From sequence record OZ346201.1: a stretch of DNA of 64,000 bases; one strand, written 5' to 3'. Positions within the stretch are counted from its first letter, which is position 1. Each line of letters opens with the position of its first letter. The position numbers were made by a program, and so were the translations under genes. Below, piece after piece: positions 54,033 through 63,197 of the stretch. Below the pieces are notes generated by a model. It did no database searches, was not told the DNA's origin, and saw only the letters and a list, made by a program, of their open reading frames with translations. This stretch comes from a phage.

Positions 54033-54056
54033 CATGACCATATAAGACTGTAATAT
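54029..54056 (+). promoter_or_regulatory. sigma70-type promoter
   Basis: AAAATAGT-TGACA-N16-TAATAT. Confidence 0.6.
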
Positions 54057-54107
54057 ATAAATCAAAGGGGGCAACGAACCCCACCAACTACAAAGAGGAT
54101 AAAAATC

Positions 54108-54287
54108 ATGGCTATTATTGCAAAGACTGAGATCATAGGCTTAGATTCTATTCTCCTCGCATATGAGGAAGCTATAGAAATGTATGTGGTTTCCTATGGT
54201 GAGTATATCCGTGAATATAAATCTATTGATCTGGCTTTTGAATGTTATATCCGCCAGGTTAATAAAGCGTACGATGATTATCGTTAA
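54108..54287 (+). CDS. hypothetical small protein (59 aa)
   Basis: ATG after AAAGAGGATAAAAATC; just below track cut-off. Confidence 0.45.
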   Translation: MAIIAKTEIIGLDSILLAYEEAIEMYVVSYGEYIREYKSIDLAFECYIRQVNKAYDDYR

Positions 54288-54294
54288 AATAGTT

Positions 54295-54323
54295 TGACAA
54301 CAGCCATCTTACAAAGCATAATA
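54295..54323 (+). promoter_or_regulatory. sigma70-type promoter
   Basis: AAAATAGT-TTGACA-N17-CATAAT. Confidence 0.6.
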
Positions 54324-54374
54324 CATAAGGCGGTGGAATGGTCCGCCACCTGGAACAAAGAAGAGGTAAACACC

Positions 54375-54620
54375 ATGAAAAGCAATAAAGGTTATAACGG
54401 TTACAAAAACAAAACTCATTGGAATGTAAGCCTTTGGATTAATAACGATGAGTCATTGTACCGGTTGGCCCAAGGCTTTATTAACGCCAATGCTAATCGT
54501 AATGATGCGGCGCGGGATATGATGCTTTTTCTGGAGCTAACCGGACAAGATAAGACCCTGGACGGCTTCAAGTACAGCACTACGGCGATCCGTGCCGCGA
54601 TGGTTGGAATGAAACACTAA
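54375..54620 (+). CDS. hypothetical small protein
   Basis: ATG 54375 with AAGAGGTAAA upstream; track start 54294 would overlap the promoter. Confidence 0.5.
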   Translation: MKSNKGYNGYKNKTHWNVSLWINNDESLYRLAQGFINANANRNDAARDMMLFLELTGQDKTLDGFKYSTTAIRAAMVGMKH

Positions 54621-54697
54621 AAGCACATAGCTGCCTTACCCTGGGGCTGTGGTAGCGGCCCCATGAATAAGGTTACTAACAGAAGAGAATAAACACC

Positions 54698-54802
54698 ATG
54701 AAACAGAAATTAATCGATGCAGTGATCTTGGTTATTGCCCTGGGTATTGGCCTGATTGCAACCATGTCTAATATGATCTTGTCTTCCAACGGTATCGGGT
54801 GA
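54698..54802 (+). CDS. small hydrophobic peptide (34 aa)
   Basis: Single TM-like segment; weak SD. Confidence 0.3.
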   Translation: MKQKLIDAVILVIALGIGLIATMSNMILSSNGIG

Positions 54803-54811
54803 GGTTGGCAA

Positions 54812-55027
54812 ATGATCACTAACAAAACAGGCAAAACGGAATTTTTACGCAACTTACAGATCGGCAAGCCTGAGATCTGGTACTGCACTAAAACACCGCG
54901 TGACGAAATGAAAGACTTCACCGCCACGCTGCAACGGGTAAAGATATCTATCACGCAGAAAAAGGCCTTACTAGTGGTGGAAGGGGAGATCCCCCAAACC
55001 GTTGTTATAGTTGATCGTACAGCATAG
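54812..55027 (+). CDS. hypothetical small protein
   Basis: 71-aa ORF. Confidence 0.45.
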   Translation: MITNKTGKTEFLRNLQIGKPEIWYCTKTPRDEMKDFTATLQRVKISITQKKALLVVEGEIPQTVVIVDRTA

Positions 55028-55118
55028 TTTAATTTATACAGATACCTGAAAATTAACCAACAAAGCATAAACAGGCGGTTACCGCCGCCTTAAACGTAGC
55101 AGAAAGAGGATAGGCACA

Positions 55119-55403
55119 ATGAAAAAGATGATCGCAGTGGTTACCCTGGTTGTTGGACTTAATGCGCCTGTAATGGCTAAAGAGCTGGCAAAAGAGGTTA
55201 ATCTAACGGATATTCATGCCGTCAATCAAATCGGGGTTACTTATCGCTTATGCCTTGCCGCTAAAACTTTTAAGGACGGCACAACAGAGTACTACGGATT
55301 CGAGGGTATCCGGTGCGGTGAGCTTGCTCGCGACCTTAAGGAAGATCCAGACCTGGAGGATCTGCCCATAACCGTGAACGGGAAAACTTACGTGAACCGT
55401 TAA
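55119..55403 (+). CDS. secreted small protein (signal peptide)
   Basis: N-terminus MKKMIAVVTLVVGLNAPVMA followed by polar mature region; SD AAAGAGGA. Confidence 0.55.
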   Translation: MKKMIAVVTLVVGLNAPVMAKELAKEVNLTDIHAVNQIGVTYRLCLAAKTFKDGTTEYYGFEGIRCGELARDLKEDPDLEDLPITVNGKTYVNR

Positions 55404-55405
55404 CC

Positions 55406-55540
55406 ATGAGAAAGATAATTATTACCATGGGGATCGTGGCGGCAATGTTGGCGATCTTTCCCTTTATGGTTAGGTATGTGCTGATTAATGTTGTCCTGGT
55501 AGTCAGCGATCTGGTGTTATATATTAACTCATTGTTTTAG
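55406..55540 (+). CDS. small hydrophobic peptide (44 aa)
   Basis: Overlaps stop of upstream gene; two hydrophobic stretches; no clear SD. Confidence 0.3.
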   Translation: MRKIIITMGIVAAMLAIFPFMVRYVLINVVLVVSDLVLYINSLF

Positions 55541-55548
55541 GCGCGATA

Positions 55549-55740
55549 ATGACAGCGGAAGAAGTTAAAAAAGTACTGGCGGTACTGCGTTATCATAATC
55601 ATTGCAAGGTGAAGAATGATCCTGATTATCTTGATTCATCCCTTGAAGAGGATACACTACAAGCCATAAGCAACATGCAAGAATTGCTTAAGCGTATGAC
55701 AGAGAAAAACCGACCGGACTACATAGGGGGTAAAATATGA
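55549..55740 (+). CDS. hypothetical small protein
   Basis: 63-aa ORF. Confidence 0.45.
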   Translation: MTAEEVKKVLAVLRYHNHCKVKNDPDYLDSSLEEDTLQAISNMQELLKRMTEKNRPDYIGGKI

Positions 55741-56048
55741 TCGCTATTACGCCAACCGTTTTAGATTGGTATCGGCAACGCATAGCGCCTCCGCTGGCTA
55801 TCTTCAAAGATGCGGAAGCAAAACAACGCCGGATCTCAATACATGAGATCATCAACCTTAACGCTGGAGGCACACCATACCGCCCAGGACCTGGCCGTGA
55901 GATGGACAATACATTGGCGATCCTGAAGATACGCCGTAAACGGTCCTCCCTTACGCTGGATTCATTACACACAATGCAGTCTCCGTTCCAGGTGACTGGG
56001 AAACGGATCGCCAGGTCCTGGACAAAGGCCAATGACCGGACCGTATAA
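55737..56048 (+). CDS. hypothetical protein
   Basis: 103-aa ORF, ATGA overlap. Confidence 0.5.
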   Translation: MIAITPTVLDWYRQRIAPPLAIFKDAEAKQRRISIHEIINLNAGGTPYRPGPGREMDNTLAILKIRRKRSSLTLDSLHTMQSPFQVTGKRIARSWTKANDRTV

Positions 56049-56183
56049 ATAAAAAGTGTTTTGGTACTGATTTTGGGGTTGACTTGTTCGGCCCCTTTTG
56101 CTATTCTTATTAAACGGGCGGCACTTGGGAACAGGGGGAGACAATCACCAGGCCTGCCTGTCATATAAGAACTATAAAAACCG

Positions 56184-56212
56184 TTGACATCTGCCAGGGG
56201 GTGGGGTAACAT
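56184..56212 (+). promoter_or_regulatory. sigma70-type promoter
   Basis: TTGACA-N17-TAACAT. Confidence 0.5.
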
Positions 56213-56266
56213 TTATCTTGAAGGGGCAAAGGTGCCCACACAACAACCAGAAGAGAGGAAAACACT

Positions 56267-56539
56267 ATGTCAAGCTGGATTAATCAAGAAGTCGAATCAC
56301 GTTTTAATGCTATTTGGGATCTCATCGAAAAAGAAGACGGCACATCAAGCCCCTACCTCAACAATTTGGAATTCCATTTTGTGGAAGCGATGAACGCAGA
56401 ACATGATCACGAAGGTGGTGCGGACGAGTTCGCTAAAGGGTATGGCTTCAACAATGCCAACGAAATGATCGAGGCGGTTGTACTCCAGGCTGAGGAAGAT
56501 TATCAATTAAAAACGCTTGAATTCTGCCGCCGCAAGTAA
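56267..56539 (+). CDS. hypothetical acidic small protein
   Basis: 90 aa, SD AGAGAGGAAAA. Confidence 0.5.
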   Translation: MSSWINQEVESRFNAIWDLIEKEDGTSSPYLNNLEFHFVEAMNAEHDHEGGADEFAKGYGFNNANEMIEAVVLQAEEDYQLKTLEFCRRK

Positions 56540-56599
56540 TAAGATAATGACACGGGCCGGGAGGCCCACTAATCAGAACCACACAAAGAGGTAAACATC

Positions 56600-56863
56600 A
56601 TGAAACGTCTTGATCAGCTTAAACTAGTTCAGTACATGGCCTACAAAGTTCTTGAAGTCCAAAAAGGTAGCAAAAAAGAGGTTTGCGAGAAAGCGTACAA
56701 GATCTTTACCCGTAAAAAAGATGATTGGATGTTACGCCAGACCAAAAAAGCCGATATCTTGGGGTACCTGGAAGAAGAGATCCGACTTGAAGAGCAAGAA
56801 GAGATCCGCCGCAGTGAGGCAGATTATCAGGCAGCCTGGGAAAACTGGATGAGCAACAAATAA
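56600..56863 (+). CDS. hypothetical small protein
   Basis: 87 aa, SD AAAGAGG. Confidence 0.5.
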   Translation: MKRLDQLKLVQYMAYKVLEVQKGSKKEVCEKAYKIFTRKKDDWMLRQTKKADILGYLEEEIRLEEQEEIRRSEADYQAAWENWMSNK

Positions 56864-56930
56864 TACAACAAGTTGCACGATCAGGGGGCAATAAAGCCCC
56901 TTGATCACATAAAAATTATGCTATCCTTGG

Positions 56931-56959
56931 TTGACAAGGATCGGCAGTTTTGCTATATT
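56931..56959 (+). promoter_or_regulatory. sigma70-type promoter
   Basis: TTGACA-N17-TATATT. Confidence 0.65.
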
Positions 56960-57007
56960 CTTTTTGAAGGGAAGTTGTAAGAAAATTAACTAAGAGGTAA
57001 AAACACC

Positions 57008-57427
57008 ATGAACATTAAATCTAATAATCCGGCATATAGCTTTGATAACGCTTTTTGTCACGGTCCGGCGGCGAAAGGATTCGAAATCGATGGTAAACTA
57101 ATTATTGTCAATGTTGACGGGGAAGAGGTTGCAGTATATCCGGTGGCAGACGTAAAAAGCCGTTTACAATGCCGCATGGATGTTACCGCCTATCAGCTTG
57201 ATCCGGTCCGCATAGTTGCCCTGGTCCTGGAAGAAGAAATTAAAGCCATGCACCATAGCAACAGATTTATTGGTGACGCGCAGGATAATATGAAAGTATG
57301 CCGCCATAAAGTTAATGAAGTGCTTAAAGAGTACGGCTATAAAGATCTTATGATCAAACGTGAGGAAAAATTCCGCTACCGTAACGACCTGGCAAATCGG
57401 ATTTTTGAAATATACGAATCATTATAA
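57008..57427 (+). CDS. hypothetical protein
   Basis: 139 aa, SD AAGAGG; last rightward gene before the 2.4-kb non-coding region. Confidence 0.55.
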   Translation: MNIKSNNPAYSFDNAFCHGPAAKGFEIDGKLIIVNVDGEEVAVYPVADVKSRLQCRMDVTAYQLDPVRIVALVLEEEIKAMHHSNRFIGDAQDNMKVCRHKVNEVLKEYGYKDLMIKREEKFRYRNDLANRIFEIYESL

Positions 57428-57446
57428 TTTTTTAACTGAATTATCA

Positions 57447-57470
57447 AGGGGCTTAGGCCCCTTTCTTTTT
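57447..57470 (+). terminator. rho-independent terminator
   Basis: AGGGGC-TTAG-GCCCCT followed by TTCTTTTT. Confidence 0.85.
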
Positions 57471-57479
57471 GTCTGCTCT

Positions 57480-59880
57480 TCCCCCTACCATAAACGGCCC
57501 TACCTGGCAAGTGGAATAATTGACGAGCCATCAATCCCACACACTGTACAAATATACATGTAAAATAACTATTGCATAACCTTTCATTGTGTGGTAGCGG
57601 TGCTATTTTTTACCTGTTTTCCTTCCAAAATTGCACGTAATGCAGCTATTGCACAAAATTTAACCTGATGCACATCTCCAATATCCTGTCAACAACTAAA
57701 AATCTTTATAAGTCATACACTTACACAGCATCGAAAGCGTGTTCTACGCGAAAAATCGAGTATAACTATAGCCGCCAGATCTCAGAATTCACGTACGCAC
57801 GCCATTCTATAGCCTGCAAAGTATTTATTCCAACCACAGAATAACGGAATAGTCAATACCTGAATAAAATAATTATTCGTTTAAACTGCATAACATAAAT
57901 CAGCTCAGGTGTCAACATTTTTCGTAAACAGTCTGAAATTGTCACTGTGAGTTATCATAAACAGAGAAATCTTTAGTCGTATAATGTTTACTGTACGTTA
58001 CTATACTGACTGGAATCATTAGATGACTAATAGAAAGATAAGAAATAATTAACAATACAATTATTTTACCTGTAACAATAAGACAACTATGCAAACGAAT
58101 GGCATGGCGCGACGGAGTCGCGACATAATATAAAAGCAGTAACCATCACCCCCGTGATGGTTTGTCTGCAATCTATTAATCAGATCATAGTTGCCTTGTA
58201 TTCAGTTAATCATGACATAATAAGCAAGGCAACTATAGATCTGCTAATAGTTGCCCTGCTTTTATATTATGTCATATATTATTAACTTGTTAATTGTTAA
58301 CTTGCTAATTGTTTTCATGCAAACGAATGTCATGGCTTATCCTATCTGTGTAAACAGTTAAGGTGTAAACTATCCAGGCGTAAACAGTCTATGCGGGAAC
58401 AATCTATACGTGAACAGTGAAACATGAAATAATAACAGTCGTTATTGTGTCGAAAGTGTATAAGGTGTCAGACAAGTTTTTCTCCTCTTTGTCAAGTGCT
58501 GCATGAAAAATTTACAAGCTTGTATGGTAGCATTTTTGCGGCCCTGTTTACATTCAGCGATGTATGTATAATCCTTGTTGTGTGGGCGTTTAGACGTCTA
58601 GACGGTCAGAAGTCTGCAGGTTAATACCTAATCTATCGGCTGCTAACTATATCCCACACAAATAGTAAGAAATATAATTGTTATGTGCGTAAACAGTAAC
58701 TCATGTTATCAATCCCTGTATGTATCGCCAGTGGTGCGCATAATGGGTATTATGTTAAATTGCCCGTAATGATAACTATTCTCACAATGATAGGTATTCT
58801 CATTCACTCCCACAAGATAGGTTGCAAATGTTGTGCCACTGTGTGAACGGCCTAACCTATTAATTTGCCTCACTGCCTCGATATTTGAGAATTGTTATAA
58901 GAATGAGAAGTATTCCCATTTCGTCCGCCTGGCAGCACTCCAGTCGCTACCGCTCATGACAGGGCAGAACTAGACCCTCTTCAGATATTTCTGGCTGACT
59001 CTTCAGGTCTGTGTGGGAAAAGCCAACCTCTCCGGCGGCGGGGAGGGGGTCAATTAAAAAAAATTACGTGGTGCATGAAGCGCTCTTCAGGTAAGGCATG
59101 TGTTATGGGATGAAACCCTCTTCAGGCAATGATATTTGTGGGTGTGATATTTGCTGGAAAGCCAGATATGACGGGACTCCTGGCGGGGCAGGGGTAGTAC
59201 AGACAGGGAAAATATGGGGGATGTAGTTGGGGAAATTGATCAGACAGGTAGAGTATGGAATATGTTACAAGTATGTTAAATAGGGAGGATGAATATCTGC
59301 AGGATTTGTGTGTAAAATCAAAGACTTAAGTGGTGTTGTGGTATTTTCTATAAATAATTCAAGTTTAATAGGTAATATTTGTCTCTATCCACTTTGTGTG
59401 GTAAACAGATTCAGATGAAATTGGTTTACAAGTGTATACATAATATACAAATTAAAGATACAAGAAACCCCCCTCCCCCTTCGGCTACCATTCACCTTTT
59501 CCTCTGACTGGTACTTAAACACTTATTCAGACTCTTCAGGTTATCACCCATATATCATATGGCAGTGACTGGTGTCCTCCGGCCCCTCTTTCGTCACCCG
59601 TCCGCTTCGCCATGCTAATGCCATAGCCAATGGTTCGGTTGTTCACTCTGTTCACTCAGGTGTATCTCCATACCCCTTCAAACCGAAGAGACAAAATCCT
59701 AATTACTCGGTAAAAGAAAAGAGAAGAACTTAATTTTATCAGGATAGGCAAGAATGTCAAGGCATGACTGCTCACTAAACAAGCAAACAGTCATGTGTGG
59801 AAGGTAAGTGATTGTGGTGGTGGGAAATTTAGTTGAAAGATGTGTTATAGGTGCGCTTCCAGCACTTTGGCCGGGCAGCT
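57480..59880. other. 2.4-kb ORF-free, repeat-rich region between convergent gene blocks (candidate origin / packaging / control region)
   Basis: No ORF of 60 aa or more on either strand; six CTCTTCAG(G) copies (58.97-60.18 kb); about nine GTAAACAG-like copies (57.9-59.4 kb); inverted TAGTTGCC and GACATAATA motifs at 58.1-58.3 kb. Confidence 0.6.
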
Positions 59881-59889
59881 AATTGTGTG

Positions 59890-60105
59890 TCAGTCCAGCG
59901 GTTCATCCTCTACTTCACTGAAATCAATGTTCATGGTCTCCTCCCAACCATCGATCTCAGCACAAGAGTGGAGTTCTTTAGGGTTTACTCCCAAAGCCTC
60001 AGCAACAGAGTCTATATTTAACACCTCTGGCAGGTATGATTCATCGAATTCAAGGTAAATCAGGCCACGAGTGTTGTCAGCTCCACCAAATATCTCTATC
60101 TTCAT
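59890..60105 (-). CDS. hypothetical acidic small protein
   Basis: 71 aa, SD GAGGAG upstream on minus strand. Confidence 0.5.
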   Translation of the reverse strand: MKIEIFGGADNTRGLIYLEFDESYLPEVLNIDSVAEALGVNPKELHSCAEIDGWEETMNIDFSEVEDEPLD

Positions 60106-60224
60106 GAAATCTCCTCTGGAAATGAGAGTGTGAACAGGGTTTTATACGTTCTAATGCACAGGAATTATACACGTTTGCCTCTTCAGGCCATGCTTTAGCA
60201 TGAGGAACTTGTGGGCTCGGTGCT

Positions 60225-60437
60225 TCATAGTCTACCACCTCTGAACTCTTCGTGCTCAGGCATAATAGAGAACCAGATATCTACGATGTCCTCCCACGTC
60301 AGGTCATCAGCCTCAGGATCTGTCTGGGACGAAGATGAAGAGTCCTCAGAATCTAAGTTTTCCTCTTTAACTGGCTCATCCAAGGGACATATGGTCACTC
60401 CTTCGGATGTCTCTTCAGATGCATGTGTGTTGATCAT
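60225..60437 (-). CDS. highly acidic small protein
   Basis: 70 aa, Asp/Glu/Ser-rich. Confidence 0.45.
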   Translation of the reverse strand: MINTHASEETSEGVTICPLDEPVKEENLDSEDSSSSSQTDPEADDLTWEDIVDIWFSIMPEHEEFRGGRL

Positions 60438-60744
60438 GTTCCCCCCGTGAGTATTCCGGCAACAGCCGCTATGGAAGTAATGATCATCAGGATCACCACT
60501 AAAACTTCAGACAATGTTCTCATTGTGTATTCCATATTCTCCAAACTGTGTGTGGATACTATCACGGGAGCGGTAATGTGTCAACAGCAACGCCGCGAGG
60601 GTTTGGTTAAAATCCGAGCGTATGGTGATTTGGGTCAAAACGGACGTGCGTTCTCGCTACGCTCGAAAGAGAGACTTGTTTGTAGAAAGCTCTTAAACGC
60701 TCTGTAACGAGATTATCTGTCCAAGGTATGCAATCGTGCACCAG

Positions 60745-60773
60745 ATAAAGAAAAGGACGCCACAGAGCGTCCT
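60745..60773 (-). terminator. minus-strand hairpin terminator
   Basis: AGGACGC-CACAGAG-GCGTCCT stem with T-rich tract on the minus strand. Confidence 0.5.
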
Positions 60774-60797
60774 AGGTGTCTTAAATTTGATATTTTG

Positions 60798-61109
60798 CTA
60801 TACCCATGAGGGCTTATCAAGGTTGGAGTAGCTGAAAGGTGTCAAAAGGTGACTGTCAAAATCCCTCAAACTATCCAAATCTTTTTCCTCGTCCTGACAC
60901 CATCTGTGCCTACATTTATTGTTGTAGTGCATAGAATGCATAGCGTTCTGCAACTTAACAGGTACAAGTGATTCAGGAGTAGATAGTATTGTTGGGTATG
61001 CCAGAATCACCTCAAACAGTGGAAACACATCGAAACTAAAGTCTATCTCTGCAGAGGTTGATGGCATATAGGAGTATTTAGCCGCCTTTGTAGACATAAT
61101 CCACCTCAC
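60798..61109 (-). CDS. hypothetical protein
   Basis: 103-aa ORF. Confidence 0.5.
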   Translation of the reverse strand: MRWIMSTKAAKYSYMPSTSAEIDFSFDVFPLFEVILAYPTILSTPESLVPVKLQNAMHSMHYNNKCRHRWCQDEEKDLDSLRDFDSHLLTPFSYSNLDKPSWV

Positions 61110-61432
61110 ACAGGTTTGATAATACCTTTACCGAATAATTCTTCGTATCTAATCTTATCCGGATCCCACTCTTGGATAATTTCGAAGACAATATCCAACC
61201 CAGGGATAATCACTTCTCCAGTGTCAAGTTTGGCAAGAACAAAACCAGAAGGCTGAATGGTTTCCCAGTTGCGCCGATTGGAATAGAAGACCTCGAAAAT
61301 ATCGCCGACCTTTATCTGTTGATCAAGATGTTCAAGATTCTCTTTCATATAGACGCAGCGGATTTTTCGTGCAGGCCAGAGACCACCTGCATCACGTTCA
61401 TTTAGCTCTTTTACAGTAATCGGTATACCCAT
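61106..61432 (-). CDS. hypothetical protein
   Basis: 108-aa ORF, overlapping stop/start. Confidence 0.5.
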   Translation of the reverse strand: MGIPITVKELNERDAGGLWPARKIRCVYMKENLEHLDQQIKVGDIFEVFYSNRRNWETIQPSGFVLAKLDTGEVIIPGLDIVFEIIQEWDPDKIRYEELFGKGIIKPV

Positions 61433-61454
61433 CTCAAATCTCCTTCATAGATAG

Positions 61455-61480
61455 AAAAAAGAGGGGCCCAAGCCCCCTCT
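61455..61480 (-). terminator. minus-strand rho-independent terminator
   Basis: GAGGGG..CCCCTC hairpin with A6 on plus strand (T6 on minus) downstream of 61487..61792. Confidence 0.7.
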
Positions 61481-61486
61481 TTGTCA

Positions 61487-61792
61487 TTATTCTACAGAGC
61501 GTTTGAACAGAATGTCTGCCTCAGACATGTGCTCAACCTCTTCTTCGATTTTAGCGCGACGTTTTTCAGCCTCATAGCGAATATCGAACTCGGTAGCCAC
61601 CAGAGATTTGATGAATTTAGGAGAATACAGGTGATCCTGCTTCTCAACGAGAATGATATCCTTAATGGCATCTTTCAGATCTTTAATCTGAAGTTGGAGT
61701 TCTACCAGTTCTTCGATTGTTTTGCGAAGGCGATCACGCTCTGCAGTGTCAGAAGGAAGAGAGGTGAACAGTTCAACTTTAGATTTAGCCAT
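61487..61792 (-). CDS. hypothetical coiled-coil protein
   Basis: 101 aa, charged heptad-like sequence. Confidence 0.5.
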   Translation of the reverse strand: MAKSKVELFTSLPSDTAERDRLRKTIEELVELQLQIKDLKDAIKDIILVEKQDHLYSPKFIKSLVATEFDIRYEAEKRRAKIEEEVEHMSEADILFKRSVE

Positions 61793-61820
61793 AGTAAGAG
61801 TCTCCTTATGTTGTTTTAAA

Positions 61821-62072
61821 TTAACGTTCTACAAAAATACCGTTCAGTTCAATAACCAGGAATTTCTGGTCTTCACTATCGTCTCGTGCCAGCACCTCAC
61901 AGACGTATCGGTCATCCCCATCATCATCGCAGTCAAATACAAGACTGAGGACTTTATCATGGTAAACCTTCGCCACTACCGCCTCGTAAGTATTGCCGAT
62001 TGTGAATCCAAGATAATCTCCGATGCATTTGACAACAACATGGTCTCCAGCATTTAAGTCAATCTTCGTCAT
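61821..62072 (-). CDS. hypothetical small protein
   Basis: ATG at 62072 with AAGGAG 7 nt upstream preferred over longer track ORF (to 62138). Confidence 0.45.
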   Translation of the reverse strand: MTKIDLNAGDHVVVKCIGDYLGFTIGNTYEAVVAKVYHDKVLSLVFDCDDDGDDRYVCEVLARDDSEDQKFLVIELNGIFVER

Positions 62073-62199
62073 TACTGCGCTCCTTGGGTAATAATACTGT
62101 ATGTAAAACTTTAACCAGAGATGTGAATAACGCCCCAAAACACACCGATAGCGCTAAAACAGACAAGGCCATCATTAAAGCTTCAGTAAAATCAGTCAT
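62059..62199 (-). CDS. small hydrophobic peptide (46 aa)
   Basis: GAGGTGAGGA before ATG; one TM-like segment. Confidence 0.35.
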   Translation of the reverse strand: MTDFTEALMMALSVLALSVCFGALFTSLVKVLHTVLLPKERSNDED

Positions 62200-62227
62200 T
62201 CCTCACCTCTTGTTAGTCACTGTACTA

Positions 62228-62491
62228 TCATTTATCCTTGTCGTCAAGAACTTTTTTAAATCTTTCAGGGATATCTCCCGTTCTTAGATAGTTCATGACC
62301 TCGCAAGGTTCCCACTTGAATTTCTTACAGAGCAGGGCGGCTGAGATTGTTTCATTGCGAAAAGAAAGGATATTAATATCCCACTCTGAGAACCCCAACT
62401 TCCGAAGGGTAGCTACAGAAATCCTCACCGCAACCCAGCAGCAAAAACATGCAACAAACGCCACTGCTACAACCCACATCAGGATGTTCAT
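62228..62491 (-). CDS. membrane-anchored small protein
   Basis: 87 aa; N-terminal hydrophobic helix; SD AAGGTG. Confidence 0.5.
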   Translation of the reverse strand: MNILMWVVAVAFVACFCCWVAVRISVATLRKLGFSEWDINILSFRNETISAALLCKKFKWEPCEVMNYLRTGDIPERFKKVLDDKDK

Positions 62492-62580
62492 ATAAGCACC
62501 TTACTGAAATACAAGACACAGTGTTAAGGTTACTGACCAGCAAATAATTAACAGTGCCGTTGCAACCTTTGCAAGATTTA

Positions 62581-62868
62581 TCATAGTGCCTCTAAGATTT
62601 CATATCCTTCGGGTCGGAATACAAGCCACTCCGTGGCTCCGTTTGGTCGATACGCTTTATACAGAACAACCTGGTCTCGGCACATGCACATGGCTACATA
62701 GTTTTCATCCACACCTGCAGCCTGCATTGCATCTTCTTCTCCGGCAACTGCTTTGCTTACAACTTCCTTGGTAGGCAGGTGTGCGATCAGCTCGTCACCA
62801 TCATTAATTCCAAAATGGCTGAGTTCGCCGTTGGTATCTTTAATCTTAATCTTAACCAGATCTTTCAT
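62581..62868 (-). CDS. hypothetical small protein
   Basis: 95-aa ORF. Confidence 0.5.
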   Translation of the reverse strand: MKDLVKIKIKDTNGELSHFGINDGDELIAHLPTKEVVSKAVAGEEDAMQAAGVDENYVAMCMCRDQVVLYKAYRPNGATEWLVFRPEGYEILEAL

Positions 62869-63197
62869 TAGTCTTCCCCCAGGTTCAAAGGTCCTAAGAT
62901 TTCATATGCCAGATTAGAAGTTACAAGAGGGTCTTCTGCGTCTTTAGTATTATACCACCCGTGAATAACCAGAGTCCCACTTTGTTTCATGTCCAACTGG
63001 AACTCTTCTGCCGTTTCCTCATCCAGCTCCAAGATTTCCATAAGGTATTTGATGTTAGGGAGGTATGCAGCTGTTACAGTCCCCTCTACCAGACCTTCAG
63101 GCCAACCTACATCTGGATGACAAGTAGGAACCAGGTTGGTCAGCTTAATGGTGTACGCTTTTTCTGCACGAGCCTTCAGTAACGGGTCAATCTTCAT
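62868..63197 (-). CDS. hypothetical protein
   Basis: 109-aa ORF, 1-nt stop/start overlap. Confidence 0.5.
   Translation of the reverse strand: MKIDPLLKARAEKAYTIKLTNLVPTCHPDVGWPEGLVEGTVTAAYLPNIKYLMEILELDEETAEEFQLDMKQSGTLVIHGWYNTKDAEDPLVTSNLAYEILGPLNLGED

Noticed and set aside
58590-58625. Cluster of common restriction sites (GACGTC, TCTAGA, CTGCAG) as a possible cloning-vector remnant
   Set aside because: Flanking sequence carries the same phage-specific repeats as the rest of the region and there are no vector-like features; most likely a chance dyad-rich stretch.
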